Source: Eledone cirrhosa (Eukaryota). Taken from it: a DNA stretch of 64,000 nt. The stretch lies in NCBI GenBank assembly GCA_964016885.1, contig OZ024743.1, forward strand, positions 108,376,001 to 108,440,000. The letters run 5' to 3'. The notes under the pieces were generated by a model. The model was not told the DNA's origin, ran no database searches, and saw only the letters and a program-made list of their open reading frames with translations. Shown one piece after another: positions 14,871-29,358 of this stretch. Within the stretch, counting starts at the first letter, position 1, and every line of letters begins with the position of its first letter. Position numbers and translations under genes: made by a program.

Positions 14871-14900
14871 TTCAAATATACAAAACTATAAATAGTATCC

Positions 14901-15067
<167 letters not shown>

Positions 15068-15169
15068 TATATATATAAATATATATGTATATATATAGTA
15101 ATAATAATAAATTTGAAGATAAATCCAAAGAGGTCTCGATAAGGATAAATATATATCAAATATAAATAT

Positions 15170-15264
15170 ATATAAAACGAAAGAAGTTTACAATAGGATT
15201 GTACTGCAAGGCAATGTTTTTCCTCTTGTCATACTCTTATAATTTCTTGTGTGGACATGTTTCA
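15170..15264. repeat. ~95-bp direct repeat, copy 2
   Basis: See 13033-13127. Confidence 0.9.
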
Positions 15265-15319
15265 GAAGATCCCGTTAAGATTGAAAGCAGCGATTCTTTA
15301 CTTAACCTTTAATCTGTTA

Positions 15320-15431
<112 letters not shown>

Positions 15432-15574
15432 CATGTGAGTGTGTGTGTGTGTGAGTGTATGTGTATATATATATTCATTTGTTGTGTATATATATATGCA
15501 TTTGTTTTGCATGTGTATATGCATATGCATTTGTTTTGCAAGACTTCTTATCTGAAAACGTGTGTTGAAACAGA

Positions 15575-15740
15575 TTGTTGTACTGGAGGGAGGGGGTCAT
15601 GCTGCCAACGGGGGCGCGTGCTCCTGTTGGTTTTCGCTTCAATTTGTTGCAAATTTCCGGTTGGTTGGACATATTTAGGTGAGGGCGGCGGGTGCGTGTG
15701 TTTTTGTTGGCAGCATGACCCCCCCAAAGTGTAACAATGT
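15575..15740. mobile_element. Short GC-rich element with terminal inverted repeats (MITE-like or fold-back)
   Basis: GGGGGTCATGCTGCCAAC ... GTTGGCAGCATGACCCCC is an 18-bp perfect inverted repeat with imperfect outward extension; related to 6323-6690. Confidence 0.6.
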
Positions 15741-15751
15741 CAGTATGTATG

Positions 15752-16612
<861 letters not shown>

Positions 16613-16712
16613 TCATTTAAGTAAGTGCCATATTAAGAGTGAGAAATGAAATTTCGTTTTCATTTTTTTTCAACTTATATATATATATATATAAGTTGAA
16701 AAAAAATGAAAA

Positions 16713-16769
16713 CTGATGATTTCTAATGAATGAAACAGTTCTAGTCCTGTAGAATCTCATCTATATTAA

Positions 16770-16773
<4 letters not shown>
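16713..16773 (+). mobile_element. Hammerhead family A fragment
   Basis: CTGATGA-TTTCTAATGAAT-GAAACAG-TTCTAGTC-CTGTA^GAATCT, then runs into (TA)n. The 5' strand of stem I is missing. Homologous to 21643-21852, 55977-56141 and 57630-57690. Confidence 0.75.
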
Positions 16774-16823
<50 letters not shown>

Positions 16824-17344
16824 GTATATGTATATATATGTATATGTGTATGTGCATATATGTGTATATATGTGTATATATGTGTGTGTGTGTATGTGTA
16901 TGTATGTACGTATGTTATATATGTATGTATGTGTATGTGCGTACGTATGTTATATATGTATGTGTGTATGTATATATGTATGTATGTGTATGTGTACGTA
17001 TGTATATATGTATATGTATATATATGTATGTATATCTATGTATGTGTACATGTATGTATACATATATAAGATATATATATATATATATATGTGTGTGGGT
17101 GTGTGTATATGTGTACGTGTATGTATGTATGTGTATATATGTATTGATATGTATCTATGTATGTATGTATGTATGTGTATACACGTATTGATATGTATCT
17201 ATGTATGTATGTATGTATGTATATATGTATGTGTGTATATATGTATGTATATGTGTATGTATGTGTGTATGTATATATGTAGGTGTGTATACATGTTTGT
17301 ATATTTGTATGTTATGTTATGTATGTTATATAGTTATGTTATGT

Positions 17345-17560
17345 CAGGTCACAAGTTGGTGCTACTGGTAACTTGTATCCCAGTACAACCTGTCCCATGG
17401 TCGTGTCATTGGTGACTAAACTGGCAACCCCACCAAGGTTTCTTGGTGAGGAGGGTGACTTTAGACATCCTGCAGGACTAAAAACAAAACATGTCAAATG
17501 GCAAAGGAGCTCTTAAGAGTCAATGGCCATCCAAAATGACCGGGAGAGATGACCCCTTAG
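17345..17560 (+). mobile_element. Interspersed repeat resembling an RTE-type LINE 5' UTR
   Basis: GGTGAGGAGGGTGACTTT...CTGCAGGACTAAAAAC...GGAGCTCTTAAGAGTCAATGGC is homologous to the minus strand at 49990-50100. The RTE assignment is from recollection. Confidence 0.5.
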
Positions 17561-17599
17561 CCTTTGTCAAGGCAGAATTTGAGGAGAAGGAAAACTCTG

Positions 17600-17940
17600 A
17601 TATAACACCTGCAAACCTGATGGTATCCAATGATGTTGACTTGTTATTCGTTTTGGTAAATATCATCTTGGTTAAGAGAGTGGGACTGGCTTTGTACAGT
17701 GCCTTTGCTCACTATAAAAGCATAACAGCACAGGCATTGCTTTATATCTGGAGATCTCTCTGCACTTGTCATCACATGGTACCCTGGCCCCAGCACGATG
17801 TGTCAATAATTGTCACAAGTTTGTACCAGAATTTTCAAGTCGCTGGCTGGACTAAAGAGTCAAACTTGTTCAGCGCATCGGTAGGAGTTCTCCTACATGG
17901 ATATAATCTAGTGGCCGTACTCGATAACGAGTTGGAAGCC
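17600..17940 (-). mobile_element. Possible decayed LINE 3' coding fragment
   Basis: Higher-complexity island between microsatellites with weak RTE C-terminal-like traces (KIL, FYSE) on the minus strand. Confidence 0.3.
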
Positions 17941-17986
17941 ATCATATATATATATATGCGTATGTGTATATATATAGATTTATGTG

Positions 17987-18028
<42 letters not shown>

Positions 18029-18271
18029 ATGGGTGTTGTAACCTCCATTTTCATTGCATCTTCCGTCATCTTGTCATTTGTAATAGTGATTAGGACTTAA
18101 TATATAGTTAGTTAAAGGGTTTATTAATGTAAAAGAAACAAGAACAAATGTAAAACTTTAAAAAGAAATGTTCTATGACGAACACAAAAAACCTGTAAAC
18201 ACACACACACACATGCACACAGAGACACAAGTATGTATACACATATAGGTATATATATATATATATATAAA

Positions 18272-18369
<98 letters not shown>

Positions 18370-19003
18370 TATATATAAAATATGATAGCTTGAATCCATC
18401 ATCGAACAAGTTATGTTGATTTCTAATGATGGTAATGACTGCATAGTAAGGAAACTATGCAGTCATTACCATGCTCTTCTCGCAAGTCTTATTAAAAAGT
18501 TAGAAAAGTAACTGGGAATGAAGGGAAATTGAAGAAAAGCAAAGCAAAGATAAATATGGAAGATTTAAATGGATATAACAGAAAATACAAATGTATAAAA
18601 GCAGATTCGATTTAATGTATATGTATGAGATCAAAATATATGTCATGTTATAAAGGGAGTCAGTGAATTTCAAATTTACACGAACATTTGTTGTATGTAT
18701 GAATGATTTTTATGTAAATTCTTTTATCTCTTTCGCATTCTTCTCTATTCTTTGACAACTGCCCCTCTATCTGTCAGTCTATATGTCTGCACATACACAA
18801 ACACACGCGCCCGCATACCCCCCTCCCCATTATATATATATATATATATATATATATACTAAGTTAAGGTACTATAACATATAACTTTGATAAGTGATAT
18901 GTTTCGTCAAGTATTGGCTGAGGCCATATCTCACATAAGAGTACCAATATGTATGATGTTTATGTTTTTCAGTAAACATCTGAATGGACGTTTGTTCAAA
19001 GAA

Positions 19004-19042
<39 letters not shown>

Positions 19043-19124
19043 TATATATATATATACATAGAGAGAGAGGGGGGAGGGAGAACGAAAGAGAGAGAGAGAG
19101 AGAGGAAGAGAGAGAGAGAGGAGA

Positions 19125-19211
<87 letters not shown>

Positions 19212-19642
19212 TATTAGAGAAAGTATTTTGTACACATATATAACGCATATAACATTTTGAAAAGGTACACTTTAAAACGGACAAGTTCTTTTATTTTACT
19301 AACGGTGGCGTTTCATAGTTCGTGACCGAAGCAAAAATCGGTGTAAGAGATCGATTATTGATTAACATCTGTCGATTTTTGTAAAGATAACATAGACGCG
19401 AAACTAATCATCAGAAGTATCGTCTTTGGATAAGATCCTAAAAACACATTTTTATATCTGTTGGGTAAGCGAGTGAGCCAAAACTATAGACCGCATGGTG
19501 TGAAGAAAGGTTTAACAGTGGCAGCAGATACAAATAGGACTGGTCGTCGTATTCGCTAGAAAGAGGTGCGAAGTACTAATCACATTATAAGCAGCACAGT
19601 AAATTCATAATTGAGAGCAGTTATATAATAAGTTATATTTCA

Positions 19643-19722
19643 TAATTGTTTCTACTTTTGGCACAAGGCCAACAATTAACCAGTACATTACTGGTACTTT
19701 ATTTTATCGACCCCGTAAGGAT
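19643..19722 (-). mobile_element. SINE family 1, 5'-truncated (3' half only)
   Basis: TAATTGTTTCTACTTTTGGCACAAGGCC...TATCGACCCCGTAAGGAT. Confidence 0.85.
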
Positions 19723-20039
19723 AATGACATATAATATGTATGACAATTATGTTTCTCAGTAGAACAAGTCAGTGTATGTTCAGAACATCAGACATTTAAG
19801 TCACTATAAAGTGGTCATGTAAGAGTCACGGCGAAACGCACCCAATCCACATTGTATAGTGTTCGGGTGGGCGCCACGACAAACAACAGCACCAAGCACT
19901 CACTGGATAAAAGACACTATTGTTTTTTTGTTCTTTCATTTGTCAGCCTTTAACCCTACCACACAAACAAAGGCACACAGACACACACACACAGCCACAC
20001 AGACAAACACACACACACACACACACACATACATACACA

Positions 20040-20084
20040 CACATACATACGCGCCCGCACACACACATACATACACACACACAA

Positions 20085-20119
<35 letters not shown>

Positions 20120-20625
20120 GGAACGAGTAGGACCCCGACGGCTGAGCTGAAGCCGTTTCGACGGCTAATTCTGGACTCCATTTACCCACTCTACTACCCT
20201 AAGTATTGAGTACTTTGGTGCGTTATGATCCATCTGGTTTCTTACCACATTTCCTTCGTTATATATATATATATATATATCCGCACACATATATATATAT
20301 ATATATATGGCTTGCTGAAATGTCTACCATTTATCACATTGTACATCAATGCCTCCTTTATATAAATGTATGTATTTAGAGGAGTATGTTTTTTCTCATT
20401 TTTCACATTCCTTCCTCTTCTCACTCTTCATCTTTCTATTTGATCTTCTATTTCTAATTGTATGTTCTGGTGAAGGACTAGTATCCGAAACGTTAAGGCA
20501 TTTTTCCTGCCATTCCAAGCGTTCAACTAATATATTTCTTCAATACACTGTGTGGTTTCCTTACTTATTTCTGATTATTTTTACACCTCACGCACACGCA
20601 CACACACATACATACACACACACAA

Positions 20626-20666
<41 letters not shown>

Positions 20667-20805
20667 GGAACGAGTAGGACCCCGACGGCTGAGCTGAAGC
20701 CGTTTCGACGGCTAATTCTGGACTCCATTTACCCACGCTACTACCCTAAGTATTGAGTACTTTGGTGCGTTATGATCCATCTGGTTTCTTACCACATTTC
20801 CTTCG

Positions 20806-20840
<35 letters not shown>

Positions 20841-21180
20841 CACACATATATATATATATATATATGGCTTGCTGAAATGTCTACCATTTATCACATTGTA
20901 CATCAATGCCTCCTTTATATAAATGTATGTATTTAGAGGAGTATGTTTTTTCTCATTTTTCACATTCCTTCCTCTTCTCACTCTTCATCTTTCTATTTGA
21001 TCTTCTATTTCTACTTGTATGTTCTGGTGAAGGACTAGTATCCGAAACGTTAAGGCATTTTTCCTGCCATTCCAAGCGTTCAACTAATATATTTCTTCAA
21101 TACACTGTGTGGTTTCCTTACTTATTTCTGATTATTTTTACACCTCACGCACACGCACACACACATACATACACACACAC
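20040..21180 (+). repeat. Near-perfect tandem duplication of a ~550-bp unit containing a hammerhead family B element
   Basis: Landmarks recur at 20117/20664 and 20349/20906, with only 2 substitutions seen outside microsatellites. Each unit has CTGGTGA-AGGACTAGTATCC-GAAACGTT-AAGG (20467, 21024). Confidence 0.9.
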
Positions 21181-21206
21181 GTGCGCGCACACACACAAAC
21201 GCACAC

Positions 21207-21242
<36 letters not shown>

Positions 21243-21277
21243 GTGTATGTGTGTGTGTGCGTGCGTGCATGTGTGTG

Positions 21278-21342
<65 letters not shown>

Positions 21343-21377
21343 GTGTATGTGTGTGTGTGCGTGCGTGCATGTGTGTG

Positions 21378-21519
<142 letters not shown>

Positions 21520-21533
21520 TACATGTACATATG

Positions 21534-21913
<380 letters not shown>

Positions 21914-21969
21914 AATATACACGTATATATATACATATAAATATACACGTATATATATATATATGTAGG

Positions 21970-22029
<60 letters not shown>

Positions 22030-23374
22030 CACTGTATACCCACAATTATTCATTCCTTCGTTGTCATACACACACATAATAAGCAGAAGGAGAAACACAC
22101 ATCGCAGTGGCACACAGAAAAATATATAATTACTCTCACAATCGTATCCCATCAAAGACAACATCATATTCACGCTGAGATTTCTGTATGTGTGGGTGGA
22201 GCATAGATGATTGGGTATTCAAAGAAGTGCCTATGGGATAGCAACGAGGTTGTAGGGGATGATATCATATTTAGAATCTTCAAGCTTAATAGTGTGTACT
22301 GAGTAAGCGGGGCTTTGTGCCACATAGCCTTTTTGGCTGACATTTATGAAAGTTCTTTAACATTCTTAATAGTGTTGTTTCTTAGATAACTAACACGTGT
22401 TCTTGCAACCTAAAACACAGAACTAAAACAGCAATGAGGATCAATGACGCCGTATATAAGTGGCGTCTTTCATTGCTAGAAATAGAAAAATATTGTCCTT
22501 AAATTACGAAAAGAAAAAAAAAAACATAAAATATCTTTAAAATGCATGACCATATTAGATAATATGATCCTATAAGCATATGGGATGATTTTCGATTGGA
22601 ATACTTATGTGCATATATCTAACCTACCATAAGTTAAGTTAAGTTTTAACAGTACCGGCAACTATAAAAACAACAGCAAAACCCACCCCAAGACGTGAGG
22701 GTGATGTGTCTTCATAATTGCAGCGAACTACACGAACTTCCTGCTTACTGTCTCTCGAATTATTCTCTACCGTCTTAAAGAAGAAACTCTATTTCTAGAC
22801 ATATTATTAAATATACGCGACAGTCACGCCTGAAATGCCTTCGGTCATATTTGGTGCTGAACAAAAACAGTAGCAAAACAACTACAAGAGCAACAACAAA
22901 ATGGCAACAATAACATCATAAGCAATTTCAACAACAGCAACAGTAACAATAAAATTTAAAAAAACACATTAATAATTAGAACCCACGAGAGAGCAACGAG
23001 GTGGTTGATCGATATACACGGAATAACAATTCCATATCCCATGGATAACTGTCATTTGTCTTAAACAAAATAAGAGAAGTATTAGATAGTGCGGTTCCAG
23101 ACGTGAATTAAACAATGAGATTGTCACTGCTGTCCCAGATTAGAACAAAACAGAATCATCAACAACAAAAACAATATAGCTAGCAGTGGGCTAGCAAATT
23201 CCGCCGGGACACACATCATCTCCGGAACCCCGAATCAGAAAACTTGTAAATAAATAAATAACAGTAACCAAAAAAAGACCAAAACATTAACAGCCAAGAA
23301 TTTGTTATTTATGTATTCACAGAAATATATCTTTCAGTGTTAGATCAATGTTAGTCATGTTAATCATGATAATG

Positions 23375-23645
23375 AGTGTTCTCCGTCTTCGAACAGCAGG
23401 AATAATTCGTCATGTAATCAACGTGCAAGTGGCGGAAAACATATACTCTTAATATGCCTCCAAGAAAGATCCAACGTGACATGCTGACCTTAGAATTACA
23501 GAGACAACTACATTTTGCCAGCTGAATGTACTTGGGATGCATGAAATGTTGTGTCTTGCCGAAGAATATTAAGAATATTGCGTGCAGCTCTATGAACTAA
23601 CGACGATATGATCGGGGAACAACACCCTATCCACTAAGTCATTCG
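23375..23645 (-). mobile_element. Old tRNA-derived SINE (family 2-like)
   Basis: TTTTGCCAGCTGAATGTAC...TGAAATGTTGTGTCTTGCCGAAG...CCCTATCCACTAAG pattern shared with 57345-57605. Confidence 0.5.
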
Positions 23646-24419
23646 CTTTTTCAATACGTTGAGTATAGGCTTACTAAAGCATACTTATGGTTACTTAAAC
23701 ACATGTGTAATAAAAATGGGTTTCGAGAAAATGTGTTAATATTTCTTTAAATAAATATAAAAATAAAAATGTAAAAATGAATTCAAAGAGCGCTCGTGAC
23801 ATTAGAAATATTCCTTTAATGTTTCTTTCTCCACTCAAGAGTGCTCTTCGTCTCTATCATCCTATCTCGCTCTCACTTTAGTAATGGATATACATATTTT
23901 TCAACACATCAAACAAACGTCTTTGTCTACATATGGGTACAAATGTAACTTTAAAGAAAGCAACTCGTTTATATGTACATATGTTTGTATGTACAAACAC
24001 TCAAGCAATCACACACACACACCCACCCACATGCACACACACACACATACACATACACACACACACACCCACCCACATGCACACACACACACATACACAT
24101 ACACACACACTAACACACGCACACACACACACACACTAACACACAAATACACACACACGTACATATATCTATATAGATTCTTTTTAGAATATGTAGAAAT
24201 CTAAAATGGAGAAACAACTGGAATAACAGACGTTTACCATAAGAGCTTTGATAATTAGGTGAAATACTTATATGGGTGAAAGAAAAGTGTCGACTTCATA
24301 CCACTTGCTACCGGTTTGCACCTGCATTGGTGTTGTAATGTTCAAGACCATGCCACAAGATAATCGATTTTGGTCCAAGTAAGGTCAGTTAGTATGGTCA
24401 GTTAGTATGCAAATAATCT

Positions 24420-24749
24420 CAAAATCTCTTCAGTATAGCTCAGAAACTACCCTCCAATCAGTCTGCGAACCACCATTTACAAGGCGTTTATATACATCGC
24501 ACTCAACAGGATGTTCGGTACATTAAAACTACACCAACCAATAGAGCAGGATGTATTCAAGTCAGAATTCTCAACTATAAACCACATCCAGGAATTTAGT
24601 CAACTAGAAGAAAAGGCAAGCGAATATAATTTCCCTCACTCTTACGTTTTCATCGACTATGAAAAGGCATTTGACTGCATCGGGTTCACACTAGTAAACC
24701 CAGCATTGCAGAACCAAGAAGTGGACCCTGCGTACATCACACTACTAAA

Positions 24750-24755
<6 letters not shown>
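24420..24755 (+). pseudogene. RTE-clade LINE reverse transcriptase fragment
   Basis: LRNYPPISL...YKAF...[18 protein letters not shown]...[19 protein letters not shown]...[19 protein letters not shown] covers RT domains 1-3 and ends in a TA array. Confidence 0.85.
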
Positions 24756-24833
<78 letters not shown>

Positions 24834-24850
24834 TTATAAACATATATATT

Positions 24851-24881
<31 letters not shown>

Positions 24882-24924
24882 TTATAAATATATATATATA
24901 TATATATTTATTTATAATGAAAAT

Positions 24925-25175
24925 AGATGAAATCGAAAATGCAACTAGAGTCTTTTTTATTTTAAATATATTTATTTGGTTCCTTTACAGGTTTCGTAGT
25001 TCTTGTGCTTTTCAAAAGTAGAATTGAGATGGAGGGCGTGTGGCTTTTTCACAGATAAAAAAACCACAAACCCTCCATCTGAATTCTACTTTTGAAAAGA
25101 CCTGCGAAATCGGTAAAGGAACCAAATAAATATATTTAAAAAAAAAAGACTCCAGTTGCATTTTCGATTTCATCT
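24925..25175. repeat. Imperfect ~250-bp palindrome with a decayed hammerhead-like motif in each arm
   Basis: AGATGAAATCGAAAATGCAACT ... AGTTGCATTTTCGATTTCATCT. The arms give a consensus of CTT-TTGAAAA-GCA...TGC-GAAAC-CG-GTA-AAGG. Confidence 0.85.
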
Positions 25176-25247
25176 TTTTTTCTTATACTTTCACTGGTGT
25201 AGGACACCTCGTTTTTTATTCATTTTGTAAAAAAAACCTCACTTATA

Positions 25248-25406
<159 letters not shown>

Positions 25407-25613
25407 TGCGTGAGTGTGTGTATCTCTGTGTGTGTGCATATGTTTGTATATTAAAATGTTTCGCTTAATTGAATTGTTTCCTTAAATATTGCTATCGTCG
25501 TGGTATATCACAGTGGAATAACGCATTCATTAAAACTAAGGGAACATACATTTTCATTCGTATGTATAGGAATTCATATTCCTTCAACTTTGACGACAAT
25601 ACCTAGAGATCAT

Positions 25614-25800
25614 TGGTGGATTGGCAGTATTGGTAGAGGGTCGGATGCCATGCTTTGACGCATAGAGTTACAGCCCTTGCCATTCTGAGTTCAAATCCCG
25701 CCGAGGTTAACTTTGCCTTTCATCCTTACTGGGTCGATAAAATAAAGTACCAGTAATACACTGGGTAATTGCTGGCCTTGTGCCTAACGTAGAAACAATT
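25614..25800 (+). mobile_element. SINE family 1, full length
   Basis: Near-consensus copy, GGTGGATTGGCAGTATTGG to AGAAACAATT. Confidence 0.92.
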
Positions 25801-26145
25801 ATATGAATGTAATAAATTATTCATAGATACATATAAATTTGAAGATGTGCATGAGTATTCAAATAATTGTTTCTACTTTAGGCACAAGGCCAGCAATTAC
25901 CCAGTGCATTACTGGTACTTTATTTTATCGACCCCGTAAGGATGAAAGGCAAAGTCAACCTCGGCGAGTTCAAATCCCGCCGAGGTTGACTTTGTCTTTC
26001 ATCCTTACGGGGTCGATAAAATAAAGTACCAGTAATGCACTGGGTAATTTGCTGGCCTTGTGCCTAAAGTAGAAACAATTATTTGAATACTCATGCACAT
26101 CTTCAAATTTATATGTATCTATGAATAATTTATTACATTCATATA
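25800..26145. repeat. Near-perfect palindrome (167-bp arms, 11-nt spacer) made of a SINE 3' half plus ~60 bp of flank
   Basis: Arms 25800-25966 and 25978-26145 differ by one substitution and one 1-bp indel; the spacer is AGTTCAAATCC. Confidence 0.95.
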
Positions 26146-26146
26146 C

Positions 26147-26211
<65 letters not shown>

Positions 26212-26223
26212 ACGAGAGAGAAG

Positions 26224-26284
<61 letters not shown>

Positions 26285-26708
26285 ATATGTGTTTGTGGGT
26301 GTGAATGAGTGTGGATGTGTGCGTATGTCTAAATGTATTTGTAAATCTAGCTATATTCATATGAATATATTTCTCGCATGTTTTTCCGAGAATCCAATAG
26401 AAATTGTTGTGTGGTCGGCAATAAAGTGTTATATTTGCAAGACATGTAAATTATTAATATTAAAACAACGACAGCAACAATACAAGTGTGTTTCACAAAG
26501 ACGATAAATTACAAATATAGCGATATATATATACACTAACACATCAGCATTGCTGTCATATGCACATGAATATAGTCTTGTGTGTGTATGTGTAAATATA
26601 TGTTTATCTATATGTGAATGTATGTAAATAGATATATGCCTATACTGATCTATACCCACACTCATATATATACATATACACACACACACACACACATACA
26701 GATACACG

Positions 26709-26759
<51 letters not shown>

Positions 26760-26894
26760 TCACAGATAAGTGTTCACCAGTCTATTTAATAATGTCCATT
26801 AACTTTCATACAAAACATAGCAAATAAACAGTTACAACAGCAACAGCTACCTTAAAATCGGCAACAAGTGCTCCAAGAACAGTGTCTCAATAAA

Positions 26895-27084
26895 CAATTG
26901 TTTCTACTTTTAGCACAAGGCCAGCAATTATCCCAGTTTATTATTGGTACTTTATTTTATCGACCCCGTAAGGATGAAAGGCAAATTAACCTCGGCGGAG
27001 TTTGAACTCAGAATTGCAAGGGCCGTATCTCAATACGTCAAAGCATGGCGTCCGACCCTTTACCGATACTGCCAATCCACCGCC
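26895..27084 (-). mobile_element. SINE family 1 with target-site duplication
   Basis: Full reverse copy; CAATAAACAAT at 26888-26898 and 27084-27094. Confidence 0.92.
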
Positions 27085-27121
27085 AATAAACAATGATTCC
27101 TTTATTTATATATAGAAACCA

Positions 27122-27310
27122 TGATGGATTGGCAGTATCGGTAGAGGGTCGGCCGTCATGCTTTGACGCATAGCGTTACGGCCCTTTCCATTCTGAGTTC
27201 AAATCCCGCCGAGGTTAACTTTGCCTTTCATCCTTACGGAGTCGATAAAATAAAATACCAGTAATGTACTGAATAATTGCTGGCCTTGTGCTAAATGTAG
27301 AAACAATTAT
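27122..27310 (+). mobile_element. SINE family 1, head-to-head with the previous copy
   Basis: Full-length + copy about 40 bp from the minus copy. Confidence 0.92.
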
Positions 27311-28082
27311 TTATTGAGGCACCCTACAAACACATATTATCTTAATAATGAAAGACTTGCTCATATCAACAAAACATTGTTATATATATATGTGTGTGTG
27401 TGTTTATATATATATATATATATATATACTCATTAGTTAAGAAAAACAAGACCACAAATTTCACAAGGAAGACATTATTAAAAGAGTGTCAACATATTTT
27501 AGTTTGATGTAAGGAATGTAGTGAATAATAATAATAATATTAATAATAATAATGATTGGTTATTCTTGAACTGTGTATATATATATATATATATACATGT
27601 TTGTGTGGGTGTACATGTATATATATATATATATATTTGTGTGTGTGCATAAATGTGTACGTTTACGTGTGCAAATGTATGTTTCTTTTCCTTGTGAAAT
27701 TTCTCCTTCTTTAGGTGTGTGTAACAGTTCCTTCAGAAATATTAACAATTTTTTTTTTTACATGCAGCTTCAAGTCAAATATATATTTAAACATGTGCGA
27801 AAAGACCGTATGTGCATTCTTTACACCAAATATTCCTATATAAATCAATAATATATATTTACGCTGCTTTTCGTACATGGCTGAACCAAACGAAATGATA
27901 TTTTTTTTCAATCGTAGTTGCATTTTAATAAAGACTCGTGTATTTATTAACGCAGTTCATTGTAGCTGTGTTAAGAACAAAGTTAACCATCACATACTAA
28001 CCATAACAAACCTAACAATCAACTAATTAATCTAGTATTATGTGAGTCGCCAACCTAAATCTATATCTTAAGTTGTCATCCT

Positions 28083-28116
<34 letters not shown>

Positions 28117-28311
28117 ATACATACACACAGACACACGCACACATGCACACATACAACCACACACACACACACACACATACTTGTATATATATATATATGT
28201 ATGTATATATAATTTATGTTATGGTGTTTATCAATGGGTAGAACTAGTAATTATGATTAGTAAACTTTGATGCAATAAATTAAAGCACAACAAAGAACAG
28301 GCCGGTCTCCG

Positions 28312-28371
<60 letters not shown>

Positions 28372-29024
28372 ATATATATATACATATATGTATATTAAAA
28401 TGCAACTGTATGTGAATTTCGTATATCTAATGATATACGGTATGTTTAATAAATAAATACTTTGAAATCCGAGGTGTGGGAATTAAAATGATAACAGCCA
28501 GCGCTTTCTAGCGGATTCCAGCAAAAGCAGCACGTGTGTGATTGTTTGTGTAAGTTTGAGTATATAAATCCAATTTCGCGGTATCCGAGAGTGTCCTGTT
28601 ATTTACATGATTCTCAAGAGCAGATCGCATGTGGCCGTCAACATGTAATCACACATATTGATATCTGTATATCATCTGCTTCCTATTTGGAGCAGTTATG
28701 TAGGAAATGCGGTTGATCCATAGAGTATGTATCAATTGTACCAATAGTTTACTTATGTCCGATTCTTCTCTCATCAGTCAAATATTCCTTTAAGCACAAC
28801 ATCTGTGCTCTATGTCCAAACACCTTGAAAAAGTTTTCATTTGTTTTGCCTTAATGCTCTATGTCGGAATCCAATATATGTGTCTTCTCTGCAACTGTTA
28901 GAGATTTATTGTACGATATTAAAAAGAAAGAAATATAACCACGCACACATTGAATCATATAGTAGTTAATAGAATGTAACTAATATATTGCCTATATTAT
29001 ACACACACACAAATACACATAATC

Positions 29025-29103
<79 letters not shown>

Positions 29104-29268
29104 TGATATGTGTATGTATGCGTGTGTGCATGAATACATAAGCACACATACATGCATTCATTCATTTATACATACATACATACATATATACATTATACAT
29201 ACATACATATATATACATACATAGATATACATACATATATATACATACACAGAATGCATACATACATG

Positions 29269-29358
<90 letters not shown>

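Noticed and set aside
17491-18093. 200-aa ORF on + strand
   Set aside because: Spans retroelement debris in two orientations and a TA array; no coherent protein.
22440-23170. Possible three tandem old SINE tails
   Set aside because: Too degenerate to delimit or align reliably by eye.
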